Source: Gracilinanus agilis (Eukaryota). Taken from it: 64,000 bases of DNA. Below the pieces are notes generated by a model that was given only the letters and a program-made list of their open reading frames with translations, was not told where the DNA came from and ran no database searches. The DNA lies in the NCBI RefSeq assembly GCF_016433145.1, contig NC_058133.1:284364202-284428201 (forward strand). The letters run 5' to 3'. Both the position numbers and the translations under genes were made by a program. Below, one piece after another: positions 52,871-64,000 of this stretch (the stretch's first letter is position 1; every line of letters starts with the position of its first letter).

Positions 52871-54417
52871 ACAAAATTTGAGATATGACCTGGACATCCA
52901 CAAAGAAAACACCAAGTGGAAAATTATTTTGGTCTTTGGGTGTTAATTGTAGGTTGCCTGTATTGATTATGGCTCTTCTAGTTTGAAGGGCAAAATTTTT
53001 TACCTCTTCTAATTTTTTTATCGTTTTATTTGTTTCAACTGTTTTTTCAAATCTGCTATCAGTTCGTCCTTGTCTGAGTCTGTCTGTCTTGCTACCCTTG
53101 CTTCTTTCTGCTTTGAATCATGGATTTATGAAGCATGCTTTCTTACATCCTCCGGTGGCAGTGATTCCCACTGTGGACAGTTTTCCCTAAAATAATTTTG
53201 GATTGGTATTGATGTTCCTTTTACAAATTGCCTATGGATGTGATCTATGGTTTCCTGGGCATGTGTATCACGTAATCCTAGGATTGTTTCTGCTGCCTCT
53301 AATACTCTATCCAGGAAACTACTAGGATGTTCCTCTTCTCCCTGTTTTAATTTTTCAGATTTTGCCATGAATTTGGCCTTTTTGCATGGATCCTCATTGC
53401 TTCTAATAAATCAGTTCTACATTGGATAAGGTACATAAGTTTGGCATATTGAGTAAAATCTATGTCCTGGTGGACTAATGGCCAGGCTGCTAAATTTGGG
53501 TTTGTCCTCATTTCATTTAGGAATTTTTCCTTTTCTGAGGAAGTGTAAAATTCCTCTAAAAGAAATTCCACATCATCGAAACTGGGATTGAATAGTGTGA
53601 ATACCTTTTTTAATTCTTTAATGCTTTTCAATGATTTCTCAAAAAATTTTGGAAAATGTCTCTTTAGCACCTCCATGTCACTTGGGGTGAAAGCTTTGTA
53701 TGTTTTTACATGCACTACTCCTTCACCAGGCTGTACGATTGTTCTCTCTATGATTGGTAAAAGTGAAACTATGGGGAGCAGCTGGGTAGCTCAGTGAAGT
53801 GAGAGTCAGGTCTAGAGACAGGAGGTCCTAGGTTCAAACCTGGCCTCAGCCACTTCCCAGCTGTGTGACCCTGGGCATGTCACTTGACCCCCATTTCCCA
53901 CCCTTACCATTCTTCCACCTATGAGACAATACACCAAAGTACAAGGGTTTAAAAAAAATCTAAAAAAAAAAAGTGAAACTATGGCATTTGCGGATGGTTG
54001 GTTGTTATTGGCCTTTGATGCGTTAGTGGTGGTATTATTCTCTGGGTATTTGGACTCCACGATCTCTAGCTGGAGAATTGTGTGCTTCTCCAGTTCCTTT
54101 CCTTTCCTTATTTGTTTCAATACTTGGAATAGTAGTTTGATGTTATCTACTAGTTCCCCAGAATGAGCATCTTTCTTTGTTGTTGTAATCGAATTGAAAT
54201 ATTGCCACAGGTGAGAGAAAACATTTTTCGAGACCATTAGATATTGCCAGATTGTTAGGATTATGGCTATGGCAGTTGGGATGAAGCAAATACATTTGGC
54301 CTGGGTCAGAGCACACCATTTATAATAATCATAGATATCCAGAACTTGTCGCACGAAATTAGGGACCCTTATAAAACAAAAATCAATAACACCTTGCATA
54401 AGAGACCATAAAATCAT
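52871..54417 (-). pseudogene. gag: ERV gag (hydrophobic N-terminus, capsid, MHR, CCHC knuckle), interrupted by a SINE and frameshifts
   Basis: ATG at 54417. Capsid YKAFTPSDM...FNPSFDDVEFLLEEF, MHR QGEEEHPSSFLDRV, knuckle CFLCGCPGHI-x-KFC at 52911-52871 with a 1-nt deletion. Confidence 0.9.
53775..53968 (+). mobile_element. Young SINE1_Mdo-like SINE inserted in ERV gag
   Basis: 16-bp TSD aaaagtgaaactatgg at 53759-53774 and 53969-53984. Confidence 0.95.
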
Positions 54418-55392
54418 TGAGATGCTAGATAGGATGAATGTTATCCTAGCTAACTTTTAAAGACCCTTCTTTGCATCACTTCCTGTGCCTTCTCCCCACT
54501 TTACAGGGACCAATTACAGTTTTAGAAGTTTGTTAGGACTGCCCAGGGGGCATCAGTCATTTCTGAGTTGTCACCCACATTAGCATGTGGGTTGAGGACC
54601 ACCCCACACTTAGGAGTTAAGTAGGTAGTATACACTTCTGGTGATTAAATTTAAAAGTAAGTGAGGGGAGAGTTAATCCCATCTTCACAGTCATGATAAA
54701 AAATAGTTTACTCATCATATTACAAGAGGTTGTCAAAGAAAACTGCCCTGATATTCTTGGACAGAAGAGTAAAACAAAAATTTTAAGAATCCACAGATCA
54801 CCTTTTGCAATAAATACCCAATGGCAATTACCAGGAATGTTATAGCCAAAGTAAAGAGCTCCCAGGCCAACGAGAAAATACTGTAAGCAGCCAGAAATAA
54901 ATAATTCAAATATCATGGAGCACAAGTCAAGATTACACAGGATCTGGCAACTTCTACATTGAAGGATTGGAAGGCATGGAATATGATATATATGATATTC
55001 TGTAAAGCAAAGAAACTGGGTTTATAATCAAAAATCACCTACCCATCAAATCTGACTATATTCTTTCAGGAGAAAGTATGGTCATTTAGGTTTCCAAGCA
55101 TTCCTGAAGAAAAGAATACACAGATGGTAATCATAGCTATGAATGTAAATGCAATTAGCTCACCAATAAAATGAAATGAATAGCAGAGTTAAAAAGCAGA
55201 ATTCTGCTATATGTTGTTTACAAGAAACACATTTGAGGCAGGTAAACATGTAGAATAAGGGGAAGGGGATTATGCAGAATCTATTGGGCTTCCACTGAGA
55301 TAAAAAAAGCAAGAATAGCAATCATGATCTTGGACAAAGCTAAAGCAAAAATAGATCTGATAAAAAAGAGATAAGGAAGGTAATTACATCTT

Positions 55393-55588
55393 TTTTTTTT
55401 AATTGTTTTTTTTAAACCCTTAACTTCTGTGTATTGACTTATAGGTGGAAGAGTGGTAAGGGTAGGCAATGGGGGTCAAGTGACTTGCCCAGGGTCACAC
55501 AGCTGGGAAGTGTCTGAGGCCGGATTTGAACCTAGGACCTCCCGTCTCTAGGCCTGGCTCTCAATCCACTGACCTACCCAGCTGCCCC
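55393..55588 (-). mobile_element. SINE1_Mdo-like SINE in the L1 endonuclease region
   Basis: 14-bp TSD ggtaattacatctt at 55379-55392 and 55589-55602. Confidence 0.95.
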
Positions 55589-56273
55589 GGTAATTACATC
55601 TTGATAAAAAATAATATAGACAATGAAGTAATACCAGTACTTCACTGATATACACCAAATGGTATAGCATTCACATTTTTAAAAGAGAAACTAAAGGAGC
55701 TTAAGGAGAAAATAGACAGTAAAACTATACTAAAGTGGGGGACCTCAACTTTCCCCTATCAGAATTAGAGAAATCTAACAAAAAAACAAGAAAGAAGTAA
55801 AGGAAATGAATGAAATTTTAGAAAAGTTAGATTTAATAGCTATCTGGAGAAACTGAACAGAGATTAAAAAGGAATATACCTTCTTTCAGCAGTACATGAT
55901 ACATATACAAAAACCAGTCATAAACTAGGGCATAAAAACTTCACAACCAGTTGTAGAAAAGAAGAAATAATAAATGCAACTTTTCCAGATTATAATACAA
56001 TAAAAATATAATCAATAATGGTTTATGTAATGACAAATTAAAAATTAGTGGGAAACTAAATAATTTAATTCTTCCAAACAGGTGGGTCAAAGAACAAATC
56101 ATAGAAACAAACATAGATTCCATTTTAACAATGAGGAGACAACATTTCAAAATTTATGACATATAGCCAAAGCAATATTCGGGGCAAAATTTATATCTTT
56201 GAATGCTTATATCTAGAGAAAAAGAAGATCAATGAATTGAGTATGAAACTTAAAAAAAAAGTAGAAAAAGAAC

Positions 56274-57037
56274 TGTTGTGAGGAAGATTATTTAGTTATT
56301 ATGTAGGAGACTTAGCAGGAAGGGCTGGAGAATTCCACATGGAATGGGGAAGCAGGAAGTGGTTTGCTCTCTCTCTGAGAAGGACTCCATGGTGGTTGGG
56401 ACAAGCTGTCACTGACCCTGGGAGACCTCAGAGGTAGTGGAGTTGTACCCTGATTCCTTGGGATCTTGGAGTGTGGTGAAGGTTGGAAGCAGAGGACATC
56501 AATCCTGCATGACAGCACTGAGTAGGGGAGTGACCTGTGGTCTGGTGGACAGCTTGCAGACTTCCTCTTCCTACTGGGCTACTTTGAATCATCAGTTCTG
56601 GAAGAGTTGGTTCCTGGCATCCTGAAAACATCTCTGGACTCTGCAGTGAGGGTTCCCACTCCAGGCCTGTTATTCTCTGGGCCCTGCGTGGCTTAGGCCA
56701 TGTTTAGTGTAGATAAGTCCCTTACCTCTCCCTATGATTTGCCCTTACTTTGAAAGTGTAGAAACCCTTATTCCCATCCTTTACTGTTGTTTCCCTCAAT
56801 TAAACTGTTATAAACTTTTGCCTTTTGCCTGCTGGTTCCATAGGCCCTTGCCTAGGTGGGGCTGAGTCACTGTTATGGCCTAACTGCCATTTCTTTCAAC
56901 AGTCACCTCCTTAGCAGTTAAAACCCAGTCTCCCTATCTTGTTTGGTCCTGCCTTCAGACATTCCTGTCACCCTCACACCCCATTGTGAACCCACATTTA
57001 ATATTCAAGTCTACTTCCCTGGTTTTCCCCCATTATA
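56274..57037 (+). mobile_element. Solo LTR (764 bp) inserted in L1 ORF2
   Basis: Starts TGTTGTG and ends cattata (CA mutated to TA). 4-bp TSD GAAC at 56270-56273 and 57038-57041. ATTAAA at about 56798. L1 sequence resumes seamlessly. Confidence 0.85.
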
Positions 57038-59254
57038 GAACAAGTTAAAAATCCTCAATTGAAGACTAAATAGGAAATCCTAAAAAAAAATAATTAATTA
57101 ATAAAATTGAAACTAAAAGAGCTGTTGTACTAGTAATTAAGAGTAGGATTTGGTTCTGTGAGAAAAAAGAGAATCAAATAACCTGTAACAAAAATGAAAA
57201 AAGTGAATTCACCTCCAATGAAGAGAGAATTAAAGTAATGATTAGGAACTATTTTGCCCAATTATATGCCAATAAATCTGACAATCTAGGAGAAATGGAT
57301 GAATATTTTTAAAAATATAAATTACCTAGATTAATAAAAGAGGAAGTAAAACACTTAAATAATCTCATCTCAGAAAAAGAAATTAAACAAGCCATCAATA
57401 AACTCCCCAAGAAAAACTCCCCATAGCCAGATGGACTCAAAAATGAATTTTATAAAACATTTAGTGAACGATTAATCCAAATACTATTTAAACTATTTGG
57501 CAAAATAAGCAAAGAAAGAGCCCTATCAAATTCTTTTCATGACACAAATATGGTGCTGATGCCTAAGGCAGGAAGACCCAAAACAAAGAAAATTACAGAC
57601 CAATTTCCTTAACGAATATTGATGCAAAAATCTTAAATAAAATACTAGCAGAGACTACAATAATAATCACATGGATTATTCACTATGACCAGGTGGGATT
57701 TATACCAGGAATGCAAGACTGGTTTAATATTAGGAAAACTATCAGCATAATTGATCATATCAATAATGAGACTAACAGAAATCACATTATTATTTCAATA
57801 AATGCAAAAAAAGCCTTTGACAATATACAACACCCATTCCCATTAAAAAAAACTAGAAAGCAAAGAAATAAAAAGGCCTTTTCCTAAAATAATAAGTACT
57901 ATCTATCTAAAGCAATCAGAAATTATAACCTATATGGGGATAAGTTAGAAGCCTCCCCAAAAAAATCAGAAGTGAGACAAGGATGCCCATTATTACCACC
58001 ATTATTTAATATTGTACTAGAAATGCTACTTTTACCAATAAAAGAAGAAAAAGAAATTGAAGGAGTTAAAGTAAACAGTGAGGAAACTAAAGTATCACAT
58101 TTATGGATGATAATGTTGGCAAACCTAGAGAATCTTAGAGAATCAACTAAAGAATTAGTTGAAATAATGAATAACTTTAGCAAAGTTGCAAGATATAAAA
58201 TAAATCCAAACAAATAATCAGCATTTCCATATATATTCAACAAAGTCCAGCAGCAAAAGTTAGAAAGAGAAATTTCATTTGAAATCTCTGTAGACAATAT
58301 AAAACTCTTGGGAATCTATTTGCCAAGACAAACAGGAATTATATGAACACAATTACAAAACACGTTACACACAAATAAAGTTAGATCTACACAATTTAAA
58401 AAACATTAATTGCTCATAGTTAGGCAGAATTCTTATAATAAAAATGACAATTCTACTTAAATTAATTTACTTATTAAGTGCCATATGAATCAAACTACCA
58501 AAAAACTATTTTATAGAACTGGAAAAAATAAGAAAATTCATCTGGAAGAACAAAAGATCAAAAATGTCAATGGAACTAATGAAAAAAATTGTGAAGGATG
58601 TTGGCCTAGCAATACCAGATCTTAAACTATAAAGTGCTAATCATTAGAACAATATAATATTGTCTAAGAAATAGAAAAAATGGATCAATGGAATAGATTA
58701 GGAGTAAGTGACCTCAGCAATCTAGTGTCCTGTTATGGGGTAAAATAGTTCAGAGTTAGTGAAGATCAGCAGTATTAGAGTATGGCATCTTTTTAGTCCA
58801 AATGATAAAACAACTTGGAAGAAAAAGATGGTCCTGGCCTCGATGAGGATCCTCTTAATGTGATAATATTGTTTCAAGCAATATTTAAGGGTTTTAATCC
58901 AAACTGGGGAGATGTCATGGATCTTTTTAATACTCTTCTCATTCCAGTAGAAAAGACTACAGTTATTGAGCCTACTAAAAGATTAATGAGAGCAGGACTA
59001 CCAAAATGGCAACATACTCACAGAATTGGCCAACTCAAGATCCTCAATGAACCCTAATGACCCAACAGAGTATGCTACACTCATTCAAGGAAGAAAGACT
59101 TTTATTAGGGGGATGGAAGTTAGGCCTGACAATTTTAGTGGATTTCAGATTACTCAAGAGGAAAAAGAAACCTCTTATCAGTGTTATGATCATCCTTGTA
59201 AAGAAGCTAAAAGGTTTGCAGGTTTAGATCTAATTAATTCTAGAAATGCTAGAA

Positions 59255-59466
59255 GGCAGCTGGGTGGCTCAGTGGATTAAGAGCCTAAACCTAGAGATGA
59301 GAGGTCCTGGGTTCAAATCTGGCATCAGATACTTCATAGCTGTGTGATCCTGGGCAAGGCACTTAACTCCCATTGCATAGCCCTTACCATTCTACTGCCT
59401 TAGAACCAATACACAGTATTAATTCTAAGATGGAAGGTAAGGGTTTAGATTTTTTTTAATTAAAAA
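59255..59466 (+). mobile_element. Older SINE1-type SINE inserted in the second ERV gag
   Basis: TSD aaatgctagaa at 59244-59254 and 59467-59477. Confidence 0.9.
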
Positions 59467-60104
59467 AAATGCTAGAATCTCGAATTCATCCTTTTTTAAC
59501 CAATCTGCCCCTGAAATCAGATATTTCCATAATAATTACCCAGGGTGGCATAAAAAAATGAAAGTGAGCTTGAGACCAAAACATTATACATATTTGAAAG
59601 AGAAAAGAAAAAAGAAGATAAAAAAGAAAGGGAATCAGAGTCAAAGAATATCATTGTACTCACTTCAGAATATAGGTCCAAGACAGATAGAGGCAAACCT
59701 CTTACCTGTTTCTACCATAGTAAAACAGGGCACCTTTTTAAAGAATGCAGAAAGAGGCAGAGGGAAAGTCTCACAACAATGAATTTCCAGGAACAGGGCA
59801 GATCAGTTTTCAAAGACAATATGAATGCAGACTTAAGGAATGAGGTAAATTTTATAGAGAAAACACTTCATAAAGGTGTTGGGAGGAGGGTAAAAGCATT
59901 ACTGGAAGATGATGAGTTTGTATTTACAAATTCTAACATTTTTATTACCTCTGAAATACTTGTCACCACCTCCTCTTGCACTATGGAATCCTATGTCTCC
60001 GTTAAGATTAATTATTCTGTTTGTGATTGTCTAATTAATACTGGTGTTCTAACTACTTTGCCAGGATCTTCAAAGTATACTGGTACTCAATCAACCACAT
60101 AGTG

Positions 60105-60311
60105 CAGGGGTTGGCAACATATGGCTCTCGAGCCATATCTGGCTCTTTTGAGGGCCAAATATGGCTCTTTCTGCAGGAGCCATAAAGTCAATTTTTTTTC
60201 AGGCACTGTTACAGGAGCTCGCACTGTGAGCACTGTATGGCTCTCACGAAATTACATTTTAAAAAATGTGGCATTTATGGCTCTCACGGCCAAAAAGGTT
60301 GCCGACCCCTG
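60105..60311. mobile_element. hAT MITE (207 bp) inserted in the second ERV protease
   Basis: TIRs CAGGGGTTGGCAAC / GTTGCCGACCCCTG. Perfect 8-bp TSD acatagtg (60097-60104, 60312-60319). Confidence 0.95.
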
Positions 60312-62236
60312 ACATAGTGGATGCATTATCTCTGATTCGTGTTACAGTATGCTTACTGTAGATCATTCATTTTTGTTTATGTCTAATGGACCAATTAATA
60401 TTTTAGGAAGATGTTTACTATGTAAATTAAGAGTCACAATTACTCGTGCTGTTGATGAATCATTGTCTTTATATATGCCTGAAGAATCCCTTTCTTGTTT
60501 CCTATAGTATTGGACATTTGTCATTTCACAGAAGAAGTGCCCCTTACTGAGTCCTCCACTATATGTACACTTTTAGGTTCCCATCCAATTCTATCTATAA
60601 TACTAGAATCTTTATAGGCCACTTCTTCCACTGATGTATTGTTAAAATCTCTGACCTGTGACCATAAAAGTGAAGGGTGGGTCCCCTCCTTTTAAACAAC
60701 AATAACCTTTGTCCAAGGAAACTATTAAGGGAATAGAACCAATTATTAATTTACTTATTGACAAGAGAATCTTAATAAAGTGTCTGTCACTCTGTAATTC
60801 TCCTATACTCCCTGTAAAGAAATCTAAATCAGGTCCAAATGGAAAACTAGTTTATCTGTTCAGGATCTCAGAATTATTAATTCTTATATAATACAAGATA
60901 CCCCATTGTACCTAATTTATCCACCTTTGTCTTCACTATTCCTTGTTATGCCAAATGTTTTATTGTTATTGATTTATGCTCAACTTACCATATTATTCCT
61001 ATTTATGAATCTGTAAGTTACCTAAAGCATTCACCTGGAAAGGGATTAAATACACCTGGACAAGATTACCTAAATGATATGTAGAAAGCCCAACTCTGTT
61101 CTCACACACTTTGCAGCAGGATTTAACTTCAATTTCTCTTGAAGTGTCTCCTTTGATACAGAATTTTAATGACTTATTATTACCCTCTTTGAGATGATGA
61201 TATTTGTGGAAGGGATAGTTGTCCTCTTTTAGTGCAATTAATTGAAAGAGGACATAAAGTTTGAAAGCCTAAAGTTCAACGGTTTTCTTTTATAAGAAGG
61301 TTCCTACATGATTTCATCTACATGTGTCTAGATCATACAGAAAATAGAGACTCCAAAGATAAGGAAGCAGCTCCATGCAATATTTGTGATAATTAGATAG
61401 TCAAGACAGTGGGTACCGAGTTATGGTGAGCTCACAAAACCTTTGATAGCCTTAACTAAGAACTTTATTTTAGAACCATTGTGTTTGCAACCTGAACACT
61501 TAACAGCTTTCAAAACTAAAGAAATCTACTATTGGCCCCAGCCCTTGGGCCAAAAGGCCTTTTTTCCCCTCTTTCTTCATGATCAAAAGAATGTGACTTC
61601 CAGGGTGCTTTCTCAGTTTTTTTGGCCTTCTCTTCATCTGATAGTCTACTTTCTGGACAGCTGGACCCTGTGGCTTCATGGGTACCTCCATGTCTCCAGG
61701 GGGAACCTCATGTCTCCAGGGCCACTGCAGCAGCTGCATTGCAAGTAGACAAGTCATGTAATCTGGTATTAGGGTCTCCACTCACTGTATTGTGCCCTGA
61801 TGAAGTAGAGGCTCTGTTGCTAAGACAGTATACTTGGTTTTTTTTAGATCAGAGGCTTGCTAAATACCAGAAAATCTTATTAAGCAAAGAGACTATAACA
61901 ATCAAGAGATGCTACTTTCTTAATCCAGCTACACTACTTCCAAATCTGCCTCTGTCTGATAAGACATCTCTTATACACAATTGTAATATTCTTGTAGATA
62001 TGGCTGAAAATGGAAGAAAAGATCTTATAAATGTCCCTTTTACAGAACCAGATTTGATTCTTTTTTACTGATGGTTCCTCTTTCATGAAAGAGGGAATTA
62101 GCTATATGGAAACTGCTGTGATTTCAGATACTGATCTTATCTGGTTAGCATCCCTTCCTTCGAACCTCAGTGCTCAAGAGGCTGAATTCATTTCCTTGAC
62201 GCATGGATGCCACATTGTTGAAAGTAAGGCAGCTAG

Positions 62237-63060
62237 ATGAAGAGGTCAAGTCCCTTCAAAAATCCTGTGTGGATTCTAATCACTGATGAGGGAAGCCAAA
62301 GCCTGGGAAAACAATTGGGGAACAGGTTTAAGATTGAGGATGGAGACGTATAGATAAAATAAGAGACAAGAGACACAGAGAAAGATGAAGTGTGGTGTCA
62401 GGGAGACAAGTCTGAGAGAGAGAGAGCTTATTTCTGACTGATTTGTCTTTCATATAATTGGGGGTTTCAGGGTGTCCTCTAAACAAAGGAAATGCCAGAA
62501 GTTTTTATATAATATTACAAGTCCAATTACAAAGATAATGAAACAGGTGGTAAAACCATAGTTCATTCAGGTGGCAAGGAAGGTTATTTGAAAGTCCTTC
62601 CTGACTTAAGTTAAACCTTCCTCTTCCCAGAAGCCTGGTCAAAACTTATTCAGATTGTAAAGGTAAGCCTTAGAGATTCTAAAAGACCTTTTTCATCCTG
62701 TCTGCCAGCTTCAACTTCATTTCTTTGAAAGAAAACAATTTCTAAGCCTGACAAATTTTTACCCAATCCAATAGAAAGATTCAGTATTCATCAACCATGT
62801 GAAATATTAGAAATACATCCAGATAAGTCTGATCCATGAATACCTTGCTTATTGGCATCAGCTTTTGAATACATCTTTATTACCTTCATGATTTGTCATT
62901 ACTGAAACTCTTCACTAACATATACAAGATTCTTTCAATGCTTTTAGAGTTTGTCTTGCTACAGGTATATCATGGCTATAATGAAGTTTTCTTACATCAA
63001 CAGGAAAGTTTGTAATGAACTCTGATCTTTTATGATATCTTTGGGAGGTTATTAAACTCT
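62237..63060 (-). mobile_element. LTR-type insertion replacing part of the second ERV RNase H
   Basis: The RNase H frame stops after CHIVESKAA and resumes at ALALIHRAVYTG. The insert is partly similar to 44270-44490. Orientation tentative. Confidence 0.55.
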
Positions 63061-64000
63061 CCAGGGCACTGGCACTCATCCATCGTGCTGTGTATACAGG
63101 AGAAACAGATCCAATATATTTAGGAAACAGCAGAGCTGACAGAGCAGCAAAGGAAGAGGTTGTTGTTAATGGACCAATTTATCTCTTTTCATTAACACTT
63201 TTTTTTATCAGGGTGAATAGTTCCATCATCCTCTCCAAGAACAACTCTCCTATGCATAATGACAAAGAAGTTGAGTACTGGAAAACTTGGTTTAATGCAA
63301 AACAGGTAGCTGGAGTATGAATTACAGATCCTGGTAAGCCACTCCTTCCTAGGAATTTTTATCACCAGATTTGTCAGTATATCAATTAAAAAGGGGCATT
63401 TTGGCTCTTGGGGAATGGTGGACACAATCAAACCAGTGTGGTTTGCCCCTGGCATCTCCTTTTTACTGGCACAAATATTTGCAGCTAAACAATCATGCCA
63501 GTCTTATAACATTTTAAGAAGACTTTTTGTGGGTATCTACCTCCAAATAGATTACATTAACATGCCTAAATCTAACCAATATAAACATTATCTTCTCATT
63601 GTTGATTAGCTTACCAAGTAGGTAGAAACTTTTCTGAGCTCTAGAGCTACTTCAGACTTTGTTATTAAAATTCTTAAATAAATTGTTCCAATATTTGATA
63701 TACTCACACTCATTGATCCTGATAGAAGATCTCATTTTATTGATGCTATGCTGTGCTAATGAGTCAATTCCTATCTAGGTGGTAAGTCTTGTTATCACAT
63801 CCCATATCACCCCTAAGACTTCTGGTCAAGATGAAAGAATAAATAGAGAACTTAAAACTATAATTGGAAAACTGTATACTGAGACTTATTTAATGTGGCC
63901 AGTAATATTCTTTTTCTCTTATTCTTTTTTTGTTTACATATAAAACCTGGAGTGAATAACTCCTCTCACTTTATGAAATACTCTTGTTTAATCTCTCTCT

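Larger units (their letters stand above)
54688..58730 (+). mobile_element. Host L1, right piece: ORF1 C-terminal half and ORF2 (endonuclease and RT), decayed and interrupted
   Basis: ORF1 KENCPDIL...RITQDLATSTLKDWKAWN. ORF2 [14 protein letters not shown] and RQGCPLLPPLFNIVLE. Ends at the second ERV junction. Confidence 0.93.
58731..64000 (+). mobile_element. Second class I ERV (plus strand), heavily decayed: LTR stub, gag capsid and knuckle, protease, RT, RNase H, integrase; runs off the window
   Basis: TG start at 58731. FNPNWGDVMDLF, QSAPEIR, CFYHSKTGHLFKEC (59707), LINTG (about 60030), NSPILPVKK, FTDGSS (about 62066), GNSRADRAAK and LQIDYINMPK. Confidence 0.92.

Noticed and set aside
54560-54690. 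Search for the 5' LTR and primer-binding site of the minus-strand ERV
   Set aside because: No match to the 45256-46344 LTR and no convincing 18-nt tRNA complement. Probably deleted.

Overview
Vertebrate genomic DNA, very probably from an opossum-type (didelphid) marsupial, judged from young SINE1_Mdo-like SINEs, L1_Mdo-like LINE-1 and small hAT MITEs. The left 39 kb holds the head-to-head gene pair known from human. MMUT (minus strand) has coding exons 2-5 and a probable non-coding exon 1 here; exon 6 onward lies left of the window. CENPQ (plus strand) is complete: 8 coding exons, 825 nt CDS, 274 aa. They share a GC-rich bidirectional promoter at about 18.6-19.15 kb. The right 24 kb is a nested retroelement pile. 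One fragmented L1 hosts a minus-strand class I (epsilon-like) ERV, a solo LTR, SINEs and a second plus-strand ERV, which itself carries a SINE, a hAT MITE and an LTR-type insert. The most unusual object is the minus-strand ERV (about 45.3-54.7 kb). Its Gag begins with a hydrophobic segment instead of a myristoylation signal. About 500 codons of almost fully open, unrecognisable frame lie between the zinc knuckle and the protease, and they contain an exact PAM2 (PABP-binding) motif, LNPLAEEFQP. No env is recognisable. There are two assembly gaps. All family assignments are from recall of consensus sequences and manual translation; no database search was run.
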